64,000 nt of DNA from positions 5,071 to 69,070 of the forward strand of contig CAZQRD010000004.1 in the NCBI GenBank assembly GCA_964595535.1, read 5' to 3'. Of the stretch, positions 57,023 through 64,000 are shown piece after piece; the stretch's first letter is position 1; each line of letters opens with the position of its first letter. The notes beneath the pieces are model-generated. The model made no database searches, was not told where the DNA came from, and was given only the letters and a program-made list of their open reading frames with translations. Origin of the DNA: an uncultured Flavobacteriaceae bacterium. Its GTDB lineage: Bacteria > Bacteroidota > Bacteroidia > Flavobacteriales > Flavobacteriaceae. Both the position numbers and the translations under genes were made by a program.

Positions 57023-58276
57023 CTAGTCTTCGTATTTTCTAAATAAGATACAGGCATTATGGCCACCAAAACCAAATGTATTACTCATAGCCACCTTTAC
57101 ATCTCTTTTTTCAGCCTTATTAAAAGTTAGATTTAATTTAGGATCAATTTGATCATCATCGGTAAAATGATTAATGGTCGGAGGAATTATTCCCTTATTA
57201 ATAGAAAGGATGGAAGCAATTGCTTCAATGGCTCCAGCAGCTCCTAACAAATGTCCGGTCATCGATTTTGTAGAATTAATGTTCAGTTTATAGGCACTTT
57301 CGCCAAAAACCGCCTGAATTGCCTTCAATTCAGCAACGTCTCCTAATGGAGTTGAGGTTCCATGCATATTAACACAATCAACATCTTCAGGTCTTATTTC
57401 AGCATTTTTTAAACAGCTCAGCATTACATTTTTTGCGCCTCGCCCTTCCGGATGAGGGGCCGTAATGTGATGAGCATCTGCAGAAAGTCCACCGCCAATT
57501 ACTTCAGCGTAAATTTTGGCACCTCTTGCCTTAGCGTGTTCAAGTTCCTCAAGGATCAAGGCCCCAGCACCTTCACCTAAAACAAAACCATCACGATCCT
57601 TGTCAAAAGGGCGAGAGGCTGTTTTCGGATCATCGTTTCTGGTTGACAGTGCGTGCATGGCATTGAAACCACCCATTCCTGCGATTGCAACTGCAGCTTC
57701 AGAACCTCCAGTAACAAAAACATCAGCCTGACCCAAGCGAATATAATTCAAGGAATCAATAATAGAATTTGCAGATGATGCACATGCCGAAACAGTGGTA
57801 AAGTTAGGTCCTTGTAAATTGTGTTTGATTGAGATCTGCCCTGGAGCTATGTCTGCAATCATTTTTGGTATAAAAAATGGGTTAAAACGCGGAGTTCCAT
57901 CACCACTTGCATAGTTAAGAACTTCATTTTGAAAAGTTTCAAGACCACCAATTCCCGCTCCCCAGATCACCCCAATTCGTGTAGCGTCCTCATTTTCCAT
58001 GTCAAGACCAGAATCAGCAATAGCTTCATCTGCCACTACCATGGCATATTGGGTGAACCTGTCCATTTTACGTGCTTCCTTTCTGTCAAAATAGTCTGTG
58101 ACATTAAAGTTTTTTAGTTCGCAGGCAAACTGAGTCTTAAAATTAGAAGCATCAAAATAGGTAATAGGCGCAGCTCCGCTAACACCGTTAGTCAGTCCTT
58201 TCCAGTATTCTTCTACAGAATTTCCTATAGGCGTCAAAGCCCCTAACCCTGTAACAACTACCCGTTTTAGTTCCAT
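57023..58276 (-). CDS. fabF: Beta-ketoacyl-ACP synthase II
   Basis: VVVTGLG, SACASS, NMHGTST, GHLLGAAG, FGFGGHN. Start refined to 58276. Confidence 0.97.
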   Translation of the reverse strand: MELKRVVVTGLGALTPIGNSVEEYWKGLTNGVSGAAPITYFDASNFKTQFACELKNFNVTDYFDRKEARKMDRFTQYAMVVADEAIADSGLDMENEDATRIGVIWGAGIGGLETFQNEVLNYASGDGTPRFNPFFIPKMIADIAPGQISIKHNLQGPNFTTVSACASSANSIIDSLNYIRLGQADVFVTGGSEAAVAIAGMGGFNAMHALSTRNDDPKTASRPFDKDRDGFVLGEGAGALILEELEHAKARGAKIYAEVIGGGLSADAHHITAPHPEGRGAKNVMLSCLKNAEIRPEDVDCVNMHGTSTPLGDVAELKAIQAVFGESAYKLNINSTKSMTGHLLGAAGAIEAIASILSINKGIIPPTINHFTDDDQIDPKLNLTFNKAEKRDVKVAMSNTFGFGGHNACILFRKYED

Positions 58277-58362
58277 ACTTAAAGATTGGATTAATAAAAA
58301 CAACAAATCACGAGCCGTTTCCAATTTGGAAAAGCTCGTAATTTTATAAGCAAAGTAAAATT

Positions 58363-58596
58363 TTATTTAGCTTCTTCAATATAGCTAATAGCCTGACCAA
58401 CAGTTCCAATATTTTCGGCCTGGTCATCTGGAATTTGGATATCAAATTCTTTTTCAAACTCCATTATTAATTCAACTGTATCTAACGAATCAGCTCCTAA
58501 ATCGTTGGTAAAATTAGCTTCATTTGTAACTTCATTTTCGTCAACTCCTAATTTATCAACGATAATGGCTTTCACTCTTGATGCAATGTCTGACAT
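58363..58596 (-). CDS. acpP: Acyl carrier protein
   Basis: [13 protein letters not shown]. Confidence 0.98.
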   Translation of the reverse strand: MSDIASRVKAIIVDKLGVDENEVTNEANFTNDLGADSLDTVELIMEFEKEFDIQIPDDQAENIGTVGQAISYIEEAK

Positions 58597-58767
58597 AATT
58601 TTTTATTTTTAAATTTAAATATTGCTGCAAAAATAATATATTTTAAGTTGAAATTGGTAAAAAGTAAAAAAAAGTTAAACAGAGACGAATTGACAAATAC
58701 TTTCCTTTTTGTTTTTTCAATCTGATTATTATCCTTTTTTTTGCTTAGCCTCCTAAATAGACTAATA

Positions 58768-59340
58768 ATGATAAGGATCATCATTTTTGCTTCAGGCTCG
58801 GGAACTAATGCCGAGAATATCATTGAGTACTTTAAAAATAGCCAAATAGCTAAAGTAAGTTATGTGGTGAGCAATAATGATAATGCCGGAGTTTTGGAAA
58901 GAGCCAAAAGATTGAAAGTTCCCATTATGGTCTTTAGTAAAATGGAAATGGGAACGGATTCTTTTCTGAATTTTTTAGAGAATCAAGCAGACTTTATAGT
59001 ACTTGCGGGTTTCTTACTAAAGATACCTGACGCAATGATTGCTCTTTTTCCAAATACCATAGTAAATATTCATCCGGCTTTGCTTCCCAAATATGGCGGA
59101 AAGGGTATGTATGGTATGCATGTGCATGAGGCTGTGGTTGCCAATAGGGAAAACGAGACTGGGATCACCATCCATTATGTGAACGAAAATTACGATGAAG
59201 GAACCATTATATTTCAAAAGGCAGTAGCTTTGGATAGCAGAGATAAAGCAGCCGATGTTGCAGCAAAAATTCACGCTTTGGAGCAGGAAAATTTCCCTAA
59301 GGTTATTGAAAAATTAGTAAGAGAAATCCATGAGAGTTAA
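58768..59340 (+). CDS. purN: Phosphoribosylglycinamide formyltransferase
   Basis: FASGSGTN, LAGFL, NIHPALLP, G.TIHYV...D.G. Start refined to ATG 58768. Confidence 0.96.
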   Translation: MIRIIIFASGSGTNAENIIEYFKNSQIAKVSYVVSNNDNAGVLERAKRLKVPIMVFSKMEMGTDSFLNFLENQADFIVLAGFLLKIPDAMIALFPNTIVNIHPALLPKYGGKGMYGMHVHEAVVANRENETGITIHYVNENYDEGTIIFQKAVALDSRDKAADVAAKIHALEQENFPKVIEKLVREIHES

Positions 59341-59824
59341 CGTATACACGGATGGTGCCTGCAGCGGAAATCCCGGAATGGGAGGATACGGGATCATTAT
59401 GGAATGGGTAGGTCAGCCTTATAAAAAAGAATTTTCAGAGGGCTACAGATTAACTACGAATAACCGAATGGAACTTTTGGCAGTAATTGTTGCGCTTGAA
59501 CAACTAAAAAGGGATGGCATGCAAGTCATTGTTTTTTCAGATTCAAAGTACGTTGTTGACTCGGTTGAAAAAGGCTGGGTATTCGGCTGGGTTAAAAAAG
59601 GATTTAAGGATAAAAAGAACCCCGATCTTTGGCGTAGATTCTTAAAGGTTTATAAAAAGCACCAGGTAAAATTCAATTGGATCAAAGGACATAATGATCA
59701 TCCCCAAAATGAACGTTGCGATCAGTTAGCCGTTATAGCTTCAAAAAAAGAAACCCTCAAAATAGATGAAGGGTTTGAACTTTCAAAAAACAAAGACTCC
59801 GGAAGCTTGGATTTAAAGTCTTAA
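59330..59824 (+). CDS. rnhA: Ribonuclease HI
   Basis: YTDGACSGNPG, TNNRMEL, SDSKY, WIKGH, NERCD. Confidence 0.96.
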   Translation: MRVNVYTDGACSGNPGMGGYGIIMEWVGQPYKKEFSEGYRLTTNNRMELLAVIVALEQLKRDGMQVIVFSDSKYVVDSVEKGWVFGWVKKGFKDKKNPDLWRRFLKVYKKHQVKFNWIKGHNDHPQNERCDQLAVIASKKETLKIDEGFELSKNKDSGSLDLKS

Positions 59825-59825
59825 G

Positions 59826-60461
59826 CTATTGTGTTATAGCCAAAATCAACAATTCATCATTCTTGTCATAGAGGTATAATTCTTTTTTAATAATTTCAAA
59901 TCTTGCCACTTCTGGTAATAGTTTAAAAAAACCATCTTCAACACTCATGTCAGCACAAAGCTTTCTGGTAGCACCTGCAGGCCCAAAACTCAGAATATTA
60001 TCTTTTAGTTTATACGTAGAAAAATAATTGTTACATCCTGCAAAACCTTCAACTTTGGCGTCTTCTTTTTCAAAGATCATAGTAGGTGATGCACTTAATT
60101 GCTCCAAACCTTTAATCTTTATAACCGTCCATTCTTTAAATAATTCAGAATTTTCAATAGAAAGGGTTTTGGAGATGACATTTTTTAATTTATACCTAAT
60201 AGATGCAGCATCTGCAGCAGGATTCGTTACAGGAATTTCGTTAACCAACAATTCGTAGGTGTATCCTGTTTCATAATCAAATCCTTCAATTTGACTATAA
60301 AAAAAGGTCCATTCATCCTCAGGATTTTCTTTTACAAGCATACAGGTTTGAAGACCTACCCCAACGCAATCTTCTAAATGATCGGCTACAAGTAACATTT
60401 TGGATTGTACTTCGTTATTCGAAGTGCAAGCTATGGTGATCAACAGGAACAAATATTTCAT
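59826..60461 (-). CDS. DUF4377 + META (HslJ-like) domain lipoprotein
   Basis: Lipobox TIAC; DCVGV..QTCM, IEGFDYE.G (DUF4377); GFAGCNNY, ATRKLC (META). Confidence 0.85.
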   Translation of the reverse strand: MKYLFLLITIACTSNNEVQSKMLLVADHLEDCVGVGLQTCMLVKENPEDEWTFFYSQIEGFDYETGYTYELLVNEIPVTNPAADAASIRYKLKNVISKTLSIENSELFKEWTVIKIKGLEQLSASPTMIFEKEDAKVEGFAGCNNYFSTYKLKDNILSFGPAGATRKLCADMSVEDGFFKLLPEVARFEIIKKELYLYDKNDELLILAITQ

Positions 60462-60473
60462 AAGAATAATAGT

Positions 60474-61688
60474 TTAAGATAACATTGTTTTTGCTCTGAG
60501 TAAGGCCTCAATAAAAAGGTCTATTTCCTCCTTGGTATTGTAAAATGAAAAGGAGGCACGAACTGTGCCAGGAATTTTATAATAATCCATAATGGGTTGT
60601 GCACAATGGTGCCCGGTTCTTACAGCAATTCCTAACTTGTCAATAATAGAACCGATGTCATAAGGGTGTATTCCTTCGATATTAAATGAAATTACAGGGG
60701 CCTTTTCTTTCGAAGTACCATAGAGGACTACTTTGTCAATTTCCAAGAGCTTCTTTGTGGCATATTCTAATAATTCATTTTCATAAGCTGCTATTTCTTT
60801 GAAGCCAATTCCGTTCATATAATCTAAAGCGACGCCAAATGCAATTACCCCGGCAATATTTGGAGTTCCGGCTTCAAATTTATGAGGAAGCTCTGCATAG
60901 GTAGTTTTTTCAAAGGTAACCTCACTGATCATTTCACCTCCACCCTGATAAGGTGGGAGTTTGTTCAACCATTTTTCTTTCCCATAGATCATACCTACTC
61001 CGGTAGGTCCGCAAAGTTTGTGTGCTGAACACGTATAGAATTCACAGTCGAGTGCCTGCACATCCGGTTTTATATGCGGCGTGGCCTGTGCGCCATCTAT
61101 CAGAACAGCTGCACCAAAATCATGAGCCCTGTCAATGATTTTTTTGATTGGATTGATGGTTCCAAGCGCATTGGAAACATGATTGACAAAGACCATTTTT
61201 GTGTTCTTTGAAAGGAGATTCTCATAGGTATTCATGTCCAATTCTCCTTTAAGGGTCATAGGAATAACCTTAAGTTTGGCACCTGTTCTTTCACACAACA
61301 TTTGCCATGGAACTATATTGGAATGATGTTCTAAAGCAGAAACAATGATTTCATCTCCCTTTTTTAGGAAAGAAGTAAATCCGGTGGCAACCATATTAAT
61401 GCTATGTGTTGTACCGGAAGTCAAAATGATCTCATGTGATTTGGCAGCATTAAAATGATGTTGAATTTTAACACGAGCTTCTTCATAGGCACTTGTGGCC
61501 TCCTGACTTAGGGTATGCACTCCTCTGTGTATATTAGCATTGTAATTACTGTAATAATCAACAATGGAATCAATCATTACCTGAGGTTTTTGAGAGGTAG
61601 CAGCATTATCAAAATACACCAATGGTTTTCCATTAACCTTACGATTAAGAATGGGGAAATCCTTTCTGATTTTATCTATGTCAAACAT
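60474..61688 (-). CDS. sufS: SufS-type cysteine desulfurase
   Basis: YFDNAATSQKP, NIHRG, SAHK, FEAGTP, RTGHHCA. Confidence 0.96.
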   Translation of the reverse strand: MFDIDKIRKDFPILNRKVNGKPLVYFDNAATSQKPQVMIDSIVDYYSNYNANIHRGVHTLSQEATSAYEEARVKIQHHFNAAKSHEIILTSGTTHSINMVATGFTSFLKKGDEIIVSALEHHSNIVPWQMLCERTGAKLKVIPMTLKGELDMNTYENLLSKNTKMVFVNHVSNALGTINPIKKIIDRAHDFGAAVLIDGAQATPHIKPDVQALDCEFYTCSAHKLCGPTGVGMIYGKEKWLNKLPPYQGGGEMISEVTFEKTTYAELPHKFEAGTPNIAGVIAFGVALDYMNGIGFKEIAAYENELLEYATKKLLEIDKVVLYGTSKEKAPVISFNIEGIHPYDIGSIIDKLGIAVRTGHHCAQPIMDYYKIPGTVRASFSFYNTKEEIDLFIEALLRAKTMLS

Positions 61689-61801
61689 ATCTTATTTAGA
61701 ATCATTCAAAATACAAATATACGATAGAATCATGTCAAAGTATCAAAAAAATGAATTGAAAAATTCGTTATTTTTGTTAGAATTAAAGGTTCAATTTGGT
61801 C

Positions 61802-63148
61802 ATGAAAAATTCGCTTAAATATCTATTAATTCTTGTGTTGGTCTTCTTGCTCTATTTAGGCTATAGCTATTATCCCGCATTAAATATTATTACAGGTTAT
61901 GCCAGTAAGAATATGGCCTCAGGTCTTTTTCTCGCCGAACGAGATCAATTAACCATGGAAAAAGACGATAATGGATTTTTACCCATCAATTTCGCAAGTT
62001 ATGTGGTAGACGAAGGAGAAAAATCTGTGAGCTCATCCATCTTTGGTTTTATGAAAAGAAAAGCTATTTATGTTGAAGGCTTAGGCGGGATTCTGTTGAA
62101 TGAAGATTATGATTCTCTTAGGGAATTTAAGATTCCTAATCGGTTTATTTCAAAAAACGCACTTGTCTATCCCTATGGTGATCTTGCACAAAAGAATACT
62201 GTATACAACGAAGTGAATGATGATAAGTTACAATGGGCGGTTGATCATGCGTTTGACTCCCCAGCGGAGAAAAAGAATCAAACCCGATCGGTTCTTGTGG
62301 TGTATAAGGATCAGATCATTGCAGAAAAATATGCAGATGGTTTTGACAGAGCGTCTTTGATGCATGGATGGTCGATGACCAAGAGCTTGGCCGGTACAAT
62401 GTACGGCATACTCATCAAAAAAGGCCGTATTGATATCTATTCAAAAACAGGGATTGAAGCTTGGGCAGGAGATGAGAGAAGTGCAATCACATATAACGAT
62501 TTACTGCATATGAATAGTGGATTGGCCTGGGATGAAGAATATTTTAATATTTCTGACGTCACAAAGATGCTGTATCTTGAAAGTGACATGGGGCAAGTAC
62601 AAATTAACAATCCAATGATTGGAGAACCCGATAAATCTTGGAATTATTCTTCAGGCACGACAAATTTGCTTTCCGGCCCGCTCTTAAGGAAACAATTTGA
62701 CAGCCATCAGGAGTATCTCGATTTTTGGTATCGGGAACTTATCGATAAGATAGGAATGCATTCGGCGGTTATTGAAACGGATCTTGCTGGGAATTATATC
62801 GGCTCGACTTATGCCTGGGCAACCACCAGGGATTGGGCGAAATTCGGACTGTTATATTTGCATGAAGGAAATTGGAATGGAGAACAGGTACTTGATAGTT
62901 CATGGGTGAAATACGCCGCCACACCTACGAATAGTTCTGAAGGAAGGTATGGGGCACAATTTTGGTTAAATGCCGGAGGGTTTTATCCTGATGTTCCTAG
63001 AGATCTTTATTCCTGCAACGGATTTAAAGGGCAGTATATTTTTGTAATACCAAGTAGAAACCTTGTAATCGTAAGAACAGGATTGGTATCAGATCCAAAA
63101 TTCGATGTTAACGAATTCTTACGGAACATTATAACCAGTATAGAATAA
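61802..63148 (+). CDS. Serine hydrolase, beta-lactamase class C / NylB-like family
   Basis: WSMTKS (SxxK), WNYSSG, GFKGQY; N-terminal TM/signal. Confidence 0.88.
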   Translation: MKNSLKYLLILVLVFLLYLGYSYYPALNIITGYASKNMASGLFLAERDQLTMEKDDNGFLPINFASYVVDEGEKSVSSSIFGFMKRKAIYVEGLGGILLNEDYDSLREFKIPNRFISKNALVYPYGDLAQKNTVYNEVNDDKLQWAVDHAFDSPAEKKNQTRSVLVVYKDQIIAEKYADGFDRASLMHGWSMTKSLAGTMYGILIKKGRIDIYSKTGIEAWAGDERSAITYNDLLHMNSGLAWDEEYFNISDVTKMLYLESDMGQVQINNPMIGEPDKSWNYSSGTTNLLSGPLLRKQFDSHQEYLDFWYRELIDKIGMHSAVIETDLAGNYIGSTYAWATTRDWAKFGLLYLHEGNWNGEQVLDSSWVKYAATPTNSSEGRYGAQFWLNAGGFYPDVPRDLYSCNGFKGQYIFVIPSRNLVIVRTGLVSDPKFDVNEFLRNIITSIE

Positions 63149-63191
63149 TTAGTGATATTAATGGATTTGAAGCTTGTAAATCCAGTAAATC

Positions 63192-64000
63192 CTACATATC
63201 CATTCCCAACTCAACATCCAGTTTTTCAGCCAATATTTTATTGATTCTTGATTTTAACCCGGCAATCTTTATTTTTTCAACCACATCATTACAGAAAGCG
63301 AATAACATCAATGCCTTGGCTTCCCTTTTTGGAATACCTCTTGACTGCATATAAAACAAAGCGCTATTATCAATCTGTCCAATGGTGCAACCATGCGAGC
63401 ATTTTACGTCATCAGCAAAGATTTCCAATTGAGGTTTCGCATTTATACTTGCTTTATCTCCGATAAGGATATTGTCATTTTGTTGATAGGCGTTTGTTTT
63501 TTGCGCCAGCTTATCAACGATTACTTTCCCATTAAATACACCTGTTGACTGATCATCATAAATACCTTTGTATAATTCATGACTTTCACAGTTTTCCTGT
63601 TTGTGGTGTACCAGGGTATGGTTGTCAACATGTTGCTTGTTTCCAATCAGCGTGATTCCATTTAAGTTGGACGTTATATGTTCACCTTCCTGATGGAACT
63701 CCAGATTATTACGTGTGATATTTCCTCCAAAGGAAAAGGTATTCACCGAAACGATACTGCTGTCTCTCTGCTGAACGTAGGTACTGTCAATTAAAGAAGA
63801 CGTTTTTCTGTCATTTTGGATCTTATAAATATCTGCTATAGCTCTTTTATGGGCAAAAACCTCAGTTACAGCATTGGTCAAAACCCTGTTGTCGCTTAAG
63901 CTTTGGTGACGCTCATAAATTTGTACATGAGAATTCTCACCTACAACAACCAAATTTCTGGGCTGTAACATGATCTCTTTTTCATTTCCTGTCGAAAAAT
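63192..64000 (-). CDS. sufD: Fe-S cluster assembly protein SufD, partial (5' end outside the window)
   Basis: GVFNGK, AQKTNAYQ, KPQLEIFADDVKCSHG, YMQSRGI; the frame stays open to the window edge. Confidence 0.95.
   Translation of the reverse strand, partial: FSTGNEKEIMLQPRNLVVVGENSHVQIYERHQSLSDNRVLTNAVTEVFAHKRAIADIYKIQNDRKTSSLIDSTYVQQRDSSIVSVNTFSFGGNITRNNLEFHQEGEHITSNLNGITLIGNKQHVDNHTLVHHKQENCESHELYKGIYDDQSTGVFNGKVIVDKLAQKTNAYQQNDNILIGDKASINAKPQLEIFADDVKCSHGCTIGQIDNSALFYMQSRGIPKREAKALMLFAFCNDVVEKIKIAGLKSRINKILAEKLDVELGMDM

Noticed and set aside
58572-58823. 83-aa minus ORF across the acpP-purN intergenic region
   Set aside because: Overlaps both flanking starts and the acpP -7 box; low-complexity AT-rich translation
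1-64000. CRISPR arrays, tRNA/rRNA, TPP or SAM riboswitches, prophage or defence genes
   Set aside because: No regularly spaced repeats, T-loop/anticodon signatures or riboswitch consensus seen by eye in any intergenic gap; no phage or defence motifs in the ORFs. An Infernal/tRNAscan run would be needed to exclude divergent RNAs.

Overview
64 kb of ordinary chromosome from a Flavobacteriaceae-like Bacteroidota. The assignment rests on TAnnTTTG -7 promoter boxes, Q-rule signal peptides, the complete moxR-DUF58-batA-E cluster and the acpP-fabF-rnc-IPExxxVDY-pyk block. Most genes are housekeeping (tex, metG, mfd, addA-like helicase, panB, map, gpmI, pyk, rnc, fabF, purN, rnhA, sufS, partial sufD). 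I found no rRNA, tRNA, CRISPR array, prophage or intact IS. The most unusual locus is a metal-uptake operon at 24.9-29.5 kb. It comprises a soluble MntR/DtxR repressor with a palindromic operator over its promoter, a membrane-anchored DtxR-FeoA-FeoA hybrid with a degenerate HTH, a FeoB split into a CxxC-tipped GTPase gene and a permease gene, and a decayed COG4313-type outer-membrane barrel. Other points of interest are an ECF sigma / one-TM anti-sigma / beta-barrel trio with an autoregulatory-looking promoter and a tidy N-terminal-only IS5 transposase ORF. There is also an M14 peptidase carrying an amidohydrolase-like beta-sandwich without its barrel, and a long-form Phe hydroxylase. Four elements are missed or split by the ORF track: an M50-like gene, an SDR pseudogene, the COG4313 pseudogene and a start-less secreted-looking ORF. 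Several long intergenic palindromes are also present. All family assignments come from motif recognition by eye, not from database searches.
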